Part shown: in pieces, positions 41,787-57,674 of the stretch | How the letters are laid out: every line of letters begins with the position of its first letter | How positions within the stretch are numbered: the stretch's first letter is position 1 | Assembly: GCA_964016885.1 (NCBI GenBank) | Contig: OZ024740.1 | Location: 21,886,001-21,950,000 of the forward strand | DNA length: 64,000 nucleotides | Direction: 5' to 3' | Source: Eledone cirrhosa | Taxonomy: Eukaryota | Translations under genes and position numbers: made by a program | Notes under the pieces: generated by a model | The model's database searches: none | What the model was told of the DNA's origin: nothing | What the model saw: the letters and a program-made list of their open reading frames with translations, nothing else

Positions 41787-42402
41787 GCTGCTGCCACTAC
41801 TGCTACTACTGCCACTACTACTACTACTAATACTACTACCACCACTACTACTACTGCCACTACTACCGCTACTACTACCACTACTACTACTGCCACCACT
41901 ACTACTGTCACCACTACTATTACCACTACCACTACTACTACCATTACTACTACAGCTACTACTACTACTATTACTACTGCCACTACTATTGTACTACTAC
42001 TACCACCACTACAACTACTACTACCGCTACTACTACTGCTACCGCTACTAATACCACCACTACTACCACCACCACCAGTTGCTACCACCACCACCAACAT
42101 CACCACCACCACCAGTTACCACCACCACCAACATCACCAACATCACCACCACCACCACCACCACCAGTTACCACCACCACCACCACCACCAGTTACTACC
42201 ACCACCACCAACATCACCACCACCACCACCAGTTACCACCACCACCACCACCAGTTACCACCACCACCACCACCACCACCACCACCAACATCACCACCAC
42301 CACCACCACCAGTTACCACCACCACCACCACCAGTTACCACCACCAACATCACCACCACCAACATCACCATCACCACCACCAGTTACTACCACCACCACC
42401 AC
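41650..42402. repeat. (CTA)n to (CCA)n trinucleotide arrays
   Basis: Directly visible. Confidence 0.95.
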
Positions 42403-42632
42403 AGTTACTCTTCATGTGGACAACATGTGACTACACTCTCACACACATACACACACACATGCATATATATACACATACACACATGGATATGTATATATGT
42501 ATACATATATACACACAATGTGGTCAGCATGTGGCATTACATTATACACACAAATACATATACACTCACACTCTATGCATAAACATATACATGTATATAA
42601 ACATAAATGCTATGCAGATACAATGACACACA

Positions 42633-42670
<38 letters not shown>

Positions 42671-42900
42671 TGCATACACATACATATACTTGTATATAAA
42701 TACACATACATATACATGTAGATAAATATACATACATATACATGTATATAAATATACATACATATACATGTATATAAATATACATACATATACATGTATA
42801 TAAATATACATGTATATATTCATGCATATAGATGTATATAAATATACATATACATGTATATATATATACATATACATGTATAGAAATATACATATACATG

Positions 42901-42936
<36 letters not shown>

Positions 42937-43214
42937 CATATACATGTTTAGAAATATACATATACATGTATATAAATATACATATATATACATGCATATA
43001 AATATACATATATATACATGCATATAAATATATATATATAGATATAGATAGGTAAATATACACTGGTGTGTATGATTGTGTATAGAAGATTATATTAATA
43101 AGAGGAATTCCAACTTTGTCTGATTTACTCGTTTTATTTACAATCCTTTAAAATATATATAATATGGTATTATAATGAAATAGTATGATAGAATATTAAA
43201 TTCTAAGTGTTAAT

Positions 43215-43253
43215 TGAACAAGTACTTTCAAGCTTTCGCAATCTTCAGGTTCA
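43215..43253 (-). ncRNA. Very small type-I hammerhead motif
   Basis: UGAAC-CUGAAGA-UUGC(GAAA)GCUU-GAAA-GUAC-UU-GUUCA within a ~220-bp island (43065-43285) between TA-rich repeats. Confidence 0.72.
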
Positions 43254-43693
43254 TAATGTGTGGTGACAGTCGAGTTTGCAATTTTATATATACATGTATA
43301 TAAATATACATACATATACACGTATATGTATGTATATAAATATACATGTATATAAATATACATGTATATAAATATACATGTATATAAATATACATATATA
43401 TAAATATACATGTATATAAATATACATATATATACATGTATATAAATATACATATATATACATGAATATAAATATACATACATATACATGTATATAAATA
43501 TACATAAATATACATACATGTATATAAATATACATTACATATATGTATGTATATTTATATACATGTATGTATATTTATGTATATTTATATACATAATAAT
43601 AATTATGTATATAAATATACATAAATATACATACATGTATATAAATATACATACATATACATGCAAATATAAATATATATTATTTTATATATA

Positions 43694-43771
43694 CAGGGTG
43701 TCCCCCAAAAATGCATACATACTTTTATTAGAATGCTGTTGAAGTGTGTATACATTTTTTTGGACACCTTG
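43694..43771. mobile_element. Tc1/mariner-type MITE, 78 bp
   Basis: TA-CAGGGTGTCCCCCAAAA ... TTTTGGACACCTTG; mariner-like TIR. Confidence 0.75.
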
Positions 43772-44025
43772 TGTATATATATGGTGTATATAGAGATGTA
43801 TGTATATAAACACATATATACACACACTCACATGTATGTATGTATGTATGTATGATTACTCTGTCATACAGACTAATACATATATTCACACACACACACA
43901 CACACATATATATTCACACACACACATTCACACACACACACACAATGGTATAACTGTACACAGACACACACACACACACACAATGGTATAACTGTACATA
44001 CACACACACACACAATGGTATAACT

Positions 44026-44058
<33 letters not shown>

Positions 44059-45027
44059 GGTATAACTGTACACACACACACACAATGGTATAACTGTACA
44101 TACACACACACACGCATGCACACTCAACACATATGCAAACATACACACATATATATACACACAATGGAATACTGTACATAATACACATATACACACACAC
44201 ACACAACAGATATATAGACATATATTCACACACTGGGATACTGTACATAATACACACACATACACATATATACACACACTGTACATAATACACACATACA
44301 CACACATACACATATACACATACAATGGAGTACTGTGTGCATTAAAGAAGCACAGACACACATTTATAAAATGTGTTGTATATTACTTACATATATATAT
44401 ACATACATACATATATATACATACACATATACACTTACATATATATACATACATACATACATACACTTACATATATATATACATATACACATACACTTAC
44501 ATTATACATACATACACACATACACTTACATCTAAATATATACATACACACATACACTTACATAATACATACATACACGCATACACTTATATATATATAC
44601 GTACACTTACATAATACATACATACACACATATATATACATGCATACACTTACATAATACATAGATACACACATACACTTACATAATATATACATACACA
44701 CATACACTTACATATATAGATATATACATACACACATACACTTACATAATACATACATACACACATACACTTATATATATATACGTACACTTACATAATA
44801 CATACATACACACATATATACATACATACACTTACATAATACATACATACACACATACACTTACATAATATATACATACACACAAACACTTACATATATA
44901 GATATATACATACACACATACACTTACATAATACATACATGCACACATACATAAACACATACATGCACACATAAATACATACACATACATAAATACATAC
45001 ACAAATACACACACATATATACATACA

Positions 45028-47320
45028 CATCATAACACAACACAACGCACACCTCATAACACAACATATACACCTAATAACACAACACACATACCTACCT
45101 CATAACACAACATACACACCTCATAACACAACATACACACCTCATAACACAACACACACCTTATAACACAACACACACACTTCATAACACAACACACACA
45201 CCTCATAACACAACACACACCTCATAACACAACACACACACCTCATAACACAACACACACCTGATAAACACAACACACACCTCATAACACAACACACACC
45301 TCATAACACAACACACACCTCATAACACAACACACACACCTCATAACACAACATACACCTCATAACACAACATACACACCTCATAACACAACATACACCT
45401 CATAACACAACACACACCTGATAAACACAACACACATCTCATAACACAACACACCTCATAACACAACACACACCTCATAACACAACATACACCTCATAAC
45501 ACAACACACACACCTCATAACACAACATACACCTCATAACACAACACAAACCTCATAACACAACATACACACCTCATAACACAAGACACACCTCATAACA
45601 CAACACACACATGCCTCATAACGCAACACATACCTCATAACACAACACACACCTCATAACACAACGCACACCTCATAACACAACACACACACCTCATAAA
45701 CACAACACACACACCTCATAACACAACACACACCTCATAACACAACGCACACCTCATAACACAACACACACACCTCATAAACACAACACACACACCTCAT
45801 AACACAACACACACCTCATAACACAACGCACACCTCATAACACAACACACACACCTCATAAACACAACACACACACCTCATAACACAACACATACCTCAT
45901 CACACAACACACATGCCTCATAACACAACACATACATCATAACACAACACACAGCTCATAACACAACACACCTCATAACACAACGCACACATCATAACAC
46001 AACACACAAACCTCATAACACAACACACACACCTCATAAACACAACACACACACCTCATAACACAACACACACACCTCATAACACAACACACACCTCATA
46101 ACACAACACACACCTCATAACACAACACACACACCTCATAACACAACACACACACCTCATCACACAACACACATGCCTCATAACACAACACATACCTCAT
46201 AACACAACACACACCTCATAACACAACACACACCTCATAACACAACGCACACCTCATAACACAACACACACACCTCATAAACACAACACACACACCTCAT
46301 AACACAACACACACCTCATAACACAACACACAGACCTCATAAACACAACACACACACCTCATAAACACAACACACACACCTCATAACACAACACATACCT
46401 CATAACACAACACACATACCTCATAACACAACACACACCTCATAACAGAACACACACCTCATAACACAACATAGACCTCATAACAGAACACACACCTCAT
46501 AACACAACATACACCTCATAACAGAACACACACCTCATAACACAACATACACCTCATAACACAACATACACATCTAACACAACACACACCTCATAAAACA
46601 ATGCACACCTCATAACACAACACACACACCTCATAACACAACACACCTCATAACACAACTACACACCTCATAACACAACACACACCTCATAAACACAACA
46701 TACACCTGAACACAACACACCTCATAAACACAGATACACACCTCATAACACAACATACACACCTCATAACACAACACACAGACCTCATAACACAACACAC
46801 ACCTCATAACACAACACACACCTCATAAACACAACATACACCTTATAACACAACACACACCTCATAAACACAGATACACACCACATACACACCTCATAAA
46901 CACAACATACACACCTCGTAAGACAACACACACACCTCATAAACACAGATACACACCTCATAACACAACATACACACCTCATAACACAACATACACACCT
47001 CATAACACAACATACACACCTCATAACACAACATGCACACCTCATAAACACAACATGCATCTCATAACACAACACACCTCATAACACAACATACACCTCA
47101 TAAATACAACATACACACCTCATAAACACAGATACACACCTCATAAACACAACATACACACCTCATAACACAACATACACACCTGATAACACAACATACA
47201 CCTCATAACACAACAGATACACCTCATAACACAACATACACCTCATAAACACAACATACACACCTCATAAACACAACATACACACTTCATAACACAACAT
47301 ACACACCTCATAAACACAGA
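45028..47320. repeat. ~19-21-bp CCTCATAACACAACACACA minisatellite
   Basis: Directly visible. Confidence 0.96.
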
Positions 47321-47586
47321 TACACAAACATTTATGCTCACAAACACACACACAGACACTTCTCTTCAGATACCCATACAATGGTTTGCTGAGTTGCACA
47401 CACACATACACCCACCATAACACTACAGACACACACCATAACACTACACAGACACACACACACACAATTACTACATACATACACATACATATTACACACA
47501 CAATCACTATATATACATCTATATAGAAATTACATAACACATCATATAATGCATACACACTAACAGAAACAGCAACAGTTCCAAAG

Positions 47587-48705
47587 TGATGGTGGTGGTG
47601 GTGGAGGTGCAGTGGTGATGGTGATGGTGGTGGTGGTGATGGTGTTGGTGGTGTTGGTGGTGGTGGTAGTGGTGAAACAGAGTGATGGTGTTGGTCGTGT
47701 GGTGGAACAGAGTGATGGTGGTGTAGTGGTGGTGGTGGTGGTGGTGTTGGTGGTGGTAGTGGTGGAACAGAGTGATGGTGTTGGTGGTGTGGTGGAAGAG
47801 AGCGATGGTGGTGTAGTGGTGTTGGTGGTGATGGTGTTGGTGGTGGTGGTGTTGGTGGTGGTAGTGGTTGGAGTGATGGTGGTGTGGTGGAACAGAGTGA
47901 TAGTGGTGTAGTGGTGGTGGTGGTGGTAGTAGTGGTGGTGGTGGTGTGGTGGAACAGAGTGATGGTGTTGGTGGTGTGGTGGAACAGAGTGATGGTGGTG
48001 TAGTGGTGGTGGTGATGGTGGTGTGGTGGAACAAAGTGATGGTGGTGTAGTGCTGGTGGTGGTGGTGGTAGTGGTGGTGGTGGTGGTGGTGGTGGAACAG
48101 AGTGATGGTGGTGTAGTGGTGGTGGTGGTGGTGTTGGTGGTGGTGGTGGTGGTGGTGGTGATGGTGTGGTGGAACAGAGTGCTGGTGGTGTAGTGGTGGT
48201 GGTGGTGGTGGTGATGGTGGTGTGGTGGTGGTGGTGGTAGTGGAGGTGTGGTGAACAGAGTGGTGGTGGTGTAGTGGTGGTGATGGTAGTGGTGGTGGTG
48301 GTGATGATGGTGTGGTGGTGGTGGTAGTGGTGATGGAACAGAGTGATGGTGGTGTAGTGGTGGTGGTATAGTGGTGGTGGTGGTGTAGTGGTGGTGTAGT
48401 GGTGGTGATGGTAGTGGTGTAGTGGTGGTAATGGTAGTTGTGGTGTGGTGGAACAAAGTGATGGTGGTGTAGTGGTGGTGGTGGTGTAGTGGTGGTGATG
48501 GTGGTGTAGTGGTGGTGGTGATGGTGATGGTAGTGGTGGTGTGGTGGAACAGAGTGATGGTGGTGTAGTGGTGGTGGTGGTGGTTGTCGTGGTGGTGGTG
48601 GTGTAGTGGTGGTGGCGGTGGAACAGAGTGATGGTGGTGTAGTGGTGGTTGTGGTGATGGTGGTGGTGTGGTGGTGGTGGAACAGAGTGATGGTGGTGGT
48701 GATAG
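47587..48705. repeat. (GGT)n array with recurring GGAACAGAGTGAT motif
   Basis: Directly visible. Confidence 0.94.
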
Positions 48706-50572
48706 TGTAGTGTTTATGGGTAAAAATAGGGTGTTAACCTAGTTAGAGCGTCACACACAGACCTGGGTGGTGGTAGTGTATAGTTGTTGAGTGTGGGAGA
48801 GACGATGATGTAATAGCACACACACACTCCAGCTTATGTAAATACATCTATATAGACATACAAATATATGTGTATTATATATATAAATATATATATACAT
48901 ATATGCTCTGTGTGTGTATTATATATATGTACACACATTTATTTTGTGTATTATATATATGTGTGTGTGTGCGTATAAATATGTATGTATATATGAGTTA
49001 TCACTGTTCAAGACTAGATGGGTGAGAGAGACCTCATCATGCTCATATGTTCTGTTTGGCATGGTTTCTATGGCTGGATGTCCTTAACAGCAAGTACTTT
49101 ACCGAGTCTACTGAGTACATTTTGTCATGGCAGCAACACTAGAGAGGTTGTCTCACTAGACTGAAGAGTTCTTTCTACCTTATATTATCTCGAGGTTAAC
49201 TTTGCCTTTCATCCTTATGGCGTCGATAAAATAAAGTACCAGTAATGTACTAGTTAAATGCTGGCCTTGTGCCAAAAGTAGAAACAATTATCTTTACAAT
49301 CACTACAACTTTACTACATTTTATTTGGGGCACCAACATCAAAGAGATTTTCAATATTCAACAACTTTCAAGGGCCCTCTCTATTCGATACTGTCTCGGT
49401 CTTTACAAAAAAACGTACTGGTGCATTCCATTATGAAATGGAGGGGTTAAAAGGTCATCTTTATATAGTGTCCGATCTTTTGCCTCATTTACTTTTACTG
49501 TCGCATTCATTTTACTGGTGTACGTTCCAACACATTTTTTTTTTTTTTATTTTCACCACCACCACCACCATCATTTAACATCCATTTTCTATGCTAACAT
49601 GGGTAAGACAAGTTGTCCCATTAGAGGCAAGTCAGGTCAGTTTCTATGGTTGGATGGCCTTCCTAACGCCATACAATAAATATATTAGCATTACAGGAAT
49701 TTAAAGTCAATAGACCCAAAATGATATTTCAAAGATATTTTGTATATATATTTTTTTTTCAAATGTAAATCAGTTTATAATTATCTGTTAGTAAGGTATT
49801 TTATATTTTTGACAATTATACAAGGTGTGTGGAGGACATTTTAGTTTGTGTCAAAACATGACAATTTCACCTCTGCACTCGATATGTGAGCGGGATATAG
49901 ATCCCTTGACCTGTATGGAAGGTCAGTAGTCCCGTTTCAGTACTAACTATGTAGACCCATCCAACCCTTGCTAGCAGGGAATGAGGACGTTAAATGATGA
50001 TGATGTTAGTGTAAAAATTGATAACCTATACCAGTGCTACAATGATAGGAAGCTGGACAGAGCAGGGTACACTCCCTGGTATTAGTGCTGGACATACCTA
50101 TAGCTTAGGATCCCACACCCTCAATAGGGTCTCATTTTTTAAATATATATTTTTAGTTTTCTATGTAACAAATGGAATAAATCATTCTTGAGTTTTACAT
50201 CAAATAATAAATGTTTCTACTATTGGCACAAGGCCAACAATTACCCAGTACATTACTAGTACTTTATTTTATCGACCCCGTAAGGATGAAAGGCAAAGTT
50301 AACCTTGGCGGATTTGAAATCAGAATGGCAACGGCCGTAACTCTATGCGTCAAATAATAATAATATTCTATTCGATATGCATGGATATGTACGACAACTT
50401 GACCAGAGATGGCGATAATGGCCGCTAAATTATAGAAAGTCTGTGATCTGACCGAAAACAAACCAACAAGTGAATATGGTGACACACCCCTATGACAGAA
50501 TTTGTGGTAGCATATAAGAAGGAATCGGGATAATATTCAACCAATCTCAGACATGAGTCTACATGTTAAAAC

Positions 50573-51929
50573 AAGCCATGTATAGAGGAACAGTCAGCAA
50601 TTAACAATAAATATGGTGAAGAATTTAGCATAAAAGTAGGTGGTCATCAAGGCTCTGTCCTTAGCCTCCCCCTGTTTATTATTGCCCTACAGGCTATAAC
50701 AGAAGAGTTTAAGACTGGCGGCCCATGGGAACTTCTATATGCAGATGATCTAACTTTCATAGCTGAATCTATGGCTGAACTAGGGAAGAAATTCTAAACA
50801 TGGAAGCATGACCTAGAATCAAAAGGCCTTAAAGTTAATTTGTCTAAGACTAAAGTTCTAGTATGTAGAAAGGAAAATAGGGCATGCTCAGTGTGTAGGA
50901 AAGGAGTAGGTAGAAATTACATTTTATGCCCCAAATGTAAACTATGGGTACATAAAATTTGTAGTGGGATCACAAGCAAGCTATCTAAGAATGTAGATTT
51001 TTATATGTGGCCAATGCTCAGATGCAGTAAGTAGCAAGTGCCCACTGGATACTAACTCCTTCAACTGCCCAGATGGTTCTATAGAAATAGTAGACATTTT
51101 CTGTTTCCTGGGTGACAAAATCAGCAGTGGAGGAGGGTGTAGTAGCCAGAGTTAGAGCGGGATGGAAAAAGTTCAGAGACTGCTGTTGGTCACAAGGGGT
51201 TTTTCTCTAAAAGTGAAAGGCCGATTGTATGATGCTTGTATATGAACAGCAATGTTACATGGCAGTGAGACCTGGGCATTGTGTGCAGAGGACCTGCACA
51301 GACTTAAAATGAATGAAGCATTCATGCTCCGTTGGATGTGTAATAGTAATATACACAAATGGCAAAACATAAACGAACTAAGTGAGAAATTAGGAATAAG
51401 AGGGAACAGATGCTGTTTACTTGAGAGAAGATTACGTTGGTATGGTCATGTGATGCGTATGAAGGACAACAGCTGTATAAAAAAGTGCAGGGCGATCAAA
51501 ATTGATGGAAGTTACGGAGTAGGTAGATCTAGAAAAACCTGGAACGGTTTTATAAAATCCAACCATGCACACTTACACCTCTCTAAGACAATGTCACTGG
51601 ATTGAGACCTTTGGCACTACGCAGTAATACAGAAGACCCGCCTTCCCTTACATATGAACTTAAACCTACAGACAGTAGGCACCTATAACCCAATATACAC
51701 CCCAGTCCACACTGTAAAATGGTCATGTATGGGTCACGACAAAAAGCACCCAGTCCACACTGTAAATGTGGTTGGAGTTAGGAAGGGCATCCAGCCATAG
51801 AAAACCAGCCAGAAACAGTTCTATACGAGCGAGACACAGTCACCTGACCAATCTTGCCTCAAGTGGGACAACCCGTCTAACCCATGCTAGCGTGGAAGAT
51901 AGACGTTAAACAATGATGATGATGATGAT
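50573..51929 (+). mobile_element. Older degraded RTE-clade LINE
   Basis: Homologous to 3428-4966 with stops and indels; [16 protein letters not shown]; (GAT)n tail. Confidence 0.92.
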
Positions 51930-53070
51930 ATATGTATATATATACACATATATATGTGTGTGTGTGTATGTATACATGCACACAATCTGCAGAAAATGTA
52001 CCCTGGATATTTTATTAAGATTCTCTATAAATAATTACGATTATTATTATTAGAGTTTTGTTTGTTTTTGCTGTTTGTCAAACCTACTTAACTTACAACT
52101 ATAATTACAAAACATAATTACAATGGCAGTGACATTATTACTAATTAATTAATCCTGAATCCACTAATCATCATTAAAGAAGATGTTTAACTATGTTTCA
52201 TCATTATCGTCATCACCGTTTAATGTCTTATTTTCCATGATTGCGTGGGTTCGACCTGTCTTCCATATTATGAGGCAAGTCTGGCCTTTTGGCCGTGCCA
52301 AACCTTCCTAAAAACAACTGTATTTTGGCCAGGTTTTTACAGCTGGATGCCCTTCCTAATACCAATCACATTTTATTAATTTTAATTTTGTTTTTGTTTT
52401 TGTAATATTTTTGGTATTTTGTTGTTGTTTGTAAAAATTTATTCTAATTAACTCTATGGTTGCTAAGACATAACGATGTTTACGAATTTGAATTGCTGTA
52501 GTTGTTTAGCTCTGGGAAAGCCCTGGACATGTATACCTATAATCAATAGGTCTCCATGGCCATCTCATCTTTTTGTAAATCTTGGATTACATTGTCAAAT
52601 ATTTCTTCCTTTTGTAAGATATTAGGATTTCATGTAAGGGGGCTTTGGTTATTCTTTTTAGCAGGTCAAGCAACCATATAGTTCTTACTTGGGTGGTAGA
52701 ATTGATCCATCACCCAACTTTCACACCATTACCACAGATGTTCTATGATCATTCTTTCCTGATAAAGCAGAGGTTAGTGTTGCAGGTACGATGAAAGATT
52801 TCATGATCAACATGGTCCTTTTTGAAGCAATGTTTTACACCTGAATGCCCTTCCTACTACCAACCCTTTTAGACACACCTTACAACAGGAACATGGTGTA
52901 CCTACTATACAACAGATACACACAGAAATATCAACAATGATAACAATAATGGTTTCTACTTTAGGCACATGGCCAGCAATTTTGTGGGGAGGGGAAAGTC
53001 TATTAAATCGACCCCAGTACATTACTGGTGCTTTATTTTATTGACCCTGTAAGAATGAAAGGTAAAGCTA

Positions 53071-53119
<49 letters not shown>

Positions 53120-53498
53120 TTTTCAACATTGGATATGGCCACTATTTGGGGAGGAGCATCATTATAGCCCATTTACATTGGACCTAAGGGGCTTCACACA
53201 AAAATATATTCTGCACTTTAATAAAAGCTTTGGCCTTATATAGAAACCTTGGGAGAATAAAAATATGAACTCAGTCTCAGCCAGATTTGAACTCAGAACA
53301 TAATTGGCCACAACTAAATACTAAGAAATATTTTCTTTTTTATCTTTTCTGACAAAAATACAAAATAAAACATACATAATGAAAAAAAAACAAAAAAAAA
53401 CACAAACATGAAAATTAATAATAATAATAATAACAATGGCTTCTGATTTAGGCACAAGGCCAACAATTCTGGGGGAGGAGAAAGTCAATTAAATCAAC

Positions 53499-53531
<33 letters not shown>

Positions 53532-54440
53532 TTCATTGTTGAGGTGAAAGGGAGCAGGACATAGTTAATTAGTAATCATTAATTAATTACAATGTTACTC
53601 AGTCAATAACAAACTAAGTGTTACGTGATATACAGAACCGGTTTGTAATGCAGTCACATTTGTGACTACTTAACCTCTACGAACCCACACACTGACTTTA
53701 TTCACTGTTAAAGGGAAATGATTGGTTTTGTATACAAAATCATTAAGTACTGGGATCAATATCATCGTCTATACCACAGGTTCTCAACCCATTTAGGCCA
53801 AACGTCCCCTTTTGTCCCTCGATATCACGAAACGCCCCCCTACCCTATTTTTCCATTTTTCAATATACTACTGATTTTGATATCTGTAGATTACTAAAAA
53901 ATTGATTAACAATATTCCAAAGTTACCATTGCAGGCAGCTGAGAGTATAAATACATTCCTTGAAAGGAAATATATAAATTTCAAAAAAAGGAACATAAAT
54001 GTTCTTTTTTATGAATAAGGACCAGTTGAATTTGTTATATTCCCACCAGGCGATACCAGCTATTTTGAACATTTATACAAGAGCAACTCTGTCTATCCCA
54101 AGAGTGCTCTTACCTGGAAGAAAGTGGCAATTTTATCATTTCAAAGCTTTCCAATTTTCCCTTTAATGAAACAGACAGAATAAATGTGGATATCTAACTT
54201 GATGTCCCCTCTGCTTTGTGAGCTCAGAGACCACGGAAGAGGGTTTTCATGACTACGCGGGAGAGTATATTTATTAGTAAATGGTAAAATATATACAACA
54301 AATGAGTAAGTGAATTGTAGTAGATGGTTTCCAGTCCAGTCAGACTGCAACTACAAATAAAAAAAATTGTTAGTTTGCTTTGTAACAATAGCATATCCAA
54401 GTTTTTGGATAAATCAACTTACTTTAACTTTGACCTCATT

Positions 54441-55500
54441 TCAATGGGACCCTTGAACTTTATGGAGTCTAGCTAACTCTTTGACGCCAGGCTGGATTTT
54501 CGTAAGATTTAGCCGGAGATCTCCACATGTAATTACATTGTAGCAGTTGCGAGCCTTACTGTGCAGTCTGGAAACAGCACCAAACCTCCTCTTGACTAAG
54601 TATGAGCTTGGAAAAGGCAAAGCAAATCTCTTAGCCTCTGTATGTAGGTGGAAATCAACGCTGAATTTCCTCTTGCATCCAAAAAAGGGGTTCACCTATT
54701 TTGGGAAATCTAATTTTGATCATGTAATCTGCTTGAAGTTCAATGAATTCTTCCTGAAATATAACGTCCAAATAATCGACGTTAGCTATGAAGGGATCTG
54801 CTACTCACATTGGGATGTCCATTGGCAAAAGATTGACAAACCGTTCTCTCATGTTGTCTTGTAGAGCACGGAGGTGAGTGGTATAAATTTGGAGTTGGTC
54901 ATCGCTTACAATGTTTTGAACATTGGCGACACTAGGAAAATTATAGAATTCTCGTCAACAAAGATTCCTTTCGATGACATTCAATTTGGCCAGGAATGTT
55001 TTCACAGCATTCCTTGCTTTAAGCAAGGTGATCTTCTTCCCCTGCAAAGCCAAAATGACGCTATTGCATTTGTCGACGATGTCGGTGAGGTAGGCGCAGT
55101 TTTGCTTCATATCGAGGGTTTTCTTGTACAGTTCTGTGTTGCATTCTCGCAGAAACTCAATGATAGAGTCGAACAGTTCAAAGAAGTGAGTAAGGCACTT
55201 GCCCTTTGAAAGCCACCTCACTTCATTATGAAGGAGCAATTTGACGAATTCTTCGTCATTATCTTGGCACAGTTGCCGGAAAATTCGTTCATTGAGGGAA
55301 TGCCGTTTGATAAAATTGATGACATCAAGGGCCACCTGCAAGGACTTGCTCAGTGGCTTGCTGAGTTTCTTCACAGCCAAGTGTTGTCGATGAATGACAC
55401 AATGAACAACAAATACAGATAGATTTTCTCTCTTCAGAAGAGTGACAAAACCCTTATGTTGGCTGACCATTGCTCTAGCGTCGTCCGTAGCTCATGATAC
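54441..55500 (-). pseudogene. hAT transposase C-terminal half, frameshifted
   Basis: HCVIHRQHL, LLLHNEVRWLSKG, PFPSSYLV, GDLRL..QGSH. Confidence 0.9.
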
Positions 55501-56050
55501 AATGTGTGTTGTATTTGGTCCTAAATGTATGTATTACCTTCCTGTGTGTTGTATGTAGTCCTAGATGTATGTATTGCATGTGGTCCCAGCTGTATGTATT
55601 ACCTGCTTGTGTGTTGTATGTGGTCCTAGATGTTTGTATTACCTGATTATGTGTTGTATGTGGTCCTAGATGTTTGTATTACCTTCCTGTGTGTTGTAGG
55701 TAGTCCTTGATGTATGTATTACCTGCTTATGTATTGCATGTGGTCCTAGATGTATGTATTACCTGATTATGTGTTGTATGTGGTCCTAGATGTTTGTATT
55801 ACCTGATTATGTGTTGTATGTGGTCCTAGATGTTTGTATTACCTGCTTATGTGTTGTATGTGGTCCTAAATGTATGTATTACTTGCCTGTGTGTTGTATG
55901 TGGTCCTAGATGTGTGTGCTACCTGCTTATGTGTTATATGTGGTCCTAGATGTGTGTATTACCTGCTTATGTGTTGTATGTCGTCTAAATGTGTGTATTA
56001 TCTGATTATGTGTTGTATGTGGTCCTAGATGTGTATGCTACCCGCTTCTG
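55501..56050. repeat. 40-bp minisatellite inside the hAT element
   Basis: Unit tgtgttgtatgtggtcctagatgtttgtattacctgatta, ~13 copies. Confidence 0.92.
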
Positions 56051-56661
56051 TGTTTTTTTTGTTTTATTTTATTTGTAATATTATTTATACAATAGGAAAT
56101 AAAATAGATCTACATAGTGTTAACTCGTTAGGGTTGTGTCAATAATTTCAGACATGAAATACATTGTTATCGGTGAAGGAAAGACAAGATTCTAACTGGC
56201 TGCGCTTGGAGTGCCCTTGACCCAGTTGACTGTGGGTTTTTCCATTGTTAGGATCTCAATTGCCGGTTAATGTCTAAACATGCCTGCACACCTGCTCACA
56301 GCTGCGGTCAGACTATAGTTATGCTGTCTGCATGCTCATTCAAATGCATTCACACTGGCTGTCTCAAAGACATACAAATATGGCTTATAAAACTTACCAA
56401 AGTAAAGAGCCTTCCAGTGTACGCCAAAGCTCCAAACGCCCCCCCCCCCCCCAATGCCCCCTTGCTCCCAAACGCCCCCCAATGCCCCCTTGCTCCCAAA
56501 CGCACCCCTGGAGTTCCGAAATGCCCCATGGGGGTGCATATGACCCCCGTTCAGAACCTTTGGTCTATACCATTCCCCCTGCCCATGTGGACAAAATATT
56601 ATAGTTCAAAGTCACTGTCAACCATTTATTTACTTACAAAAATATATTCTGCACTTTAATA

Positions 56662-56843
56662 ATTGTTTCTACTTTTGGCAAAAGGCCAGCAATTATCCCA
56701 GTGGTACTTTATTTTATCGACCCCGTAAGGATGAAAGGCAAAATTAACCTCGGCGGGATTTGAACCCATACCATAAAGGACCGTAACTCTTTGCTACAAA
56801 GCATGGCGTCCGACCCTCTACCGATACTGCCAATCCATCGCCC
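56662..56843 (-). mobile_element. SINE family 2 with TSD
   Basis: Family 2 motifs; ATTCTGCACTTTAATAAT duplicated at 56646 and 56850. Confidence 0.88.
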
Positions 56844-57495
56844 TTCTGCATTCTGCACTTTAATAATAGCTTTGGCCTTATATAGAAACTATGTAATATG
56901 ACAGCCGCAGCTTGGTAACGTCTTCCTCATTAGATGGCTATTGTGATCTGGTTGCTGTAGAAGGTAAGGGGATGTGACTGTCCAGTTTTATGCAAGAATA
57001 TGGTGTATATGTGTATGTATGCATATGTGTATGGATGTATTTATGAATATATATATATTTGGGTATGTGTGTTTCTGTTTTTAAGTATATTTGAGTGTGG
57101 AAAATGTATTTAGAATAAAGGTGATCAGATTCTTTCCATTTAACATCTGTATGTATAACTTGACAATTCCAATTACATGTGCGAAGCCGGCCTAGAAATG
57201 TAAACTTGGGGCTTTGTTGTGCATTTTAATTTTTTGTGATGAGGGGCACCCCAACTGTCATGCCCTCACTATCAGTTCTAAATCTGGCCCTGAAGCAATG
57301 ACTCGAATGATTCTGACCAAAGACACTCCAACCATACATACACGCAGTTTTAGTTATTCAGAGTTACTGCTCTTCTAGATGAGTTGCCTTCCCTGTGGTT
57401 TACAGACCCCTTGTTAGCCCCTACACAGATATTGTAATCATACAATTAAAACGATCAACTCAGTCGTAGAAATTAAGTAATTATAAGGTAAATTA

Positions 57496-57674
57496 CCATA
57501 TATACTCCAATATAAGCACCCCCCAGCCCTTATTTTATGTCTGTCTGAGACATGGACAAAAATCCAAACCTCATTTATAAGCTGCGGTAGCTAATCAACA
57601 CATTGTTTAGATGGTATATATATAAGCCAACCTCCCTGATATATATTCCTTGGCTTATATTTGAGTATATTCGG
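57496..57674. mobile_element. Degenerate pogo/Tc2-like MITE
   Basis: TA-CCATATATACTCCAATATAAGC ... GCTTATATTTGAGTATATTCGG imperfect TIRs. Confidence 0.55.

Larger units (their letters stand above)
53775..56562 (-). mobile_element. hAT (Buster/Charlie-type) DNA transposon
   Basis: TIRs CACAGGTTCTCAAC / GTTCAGAACCTTTG; 8-bp TSD GTCTATAC at 53767-53774 and 56563-56570. Confidence 0.93.
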
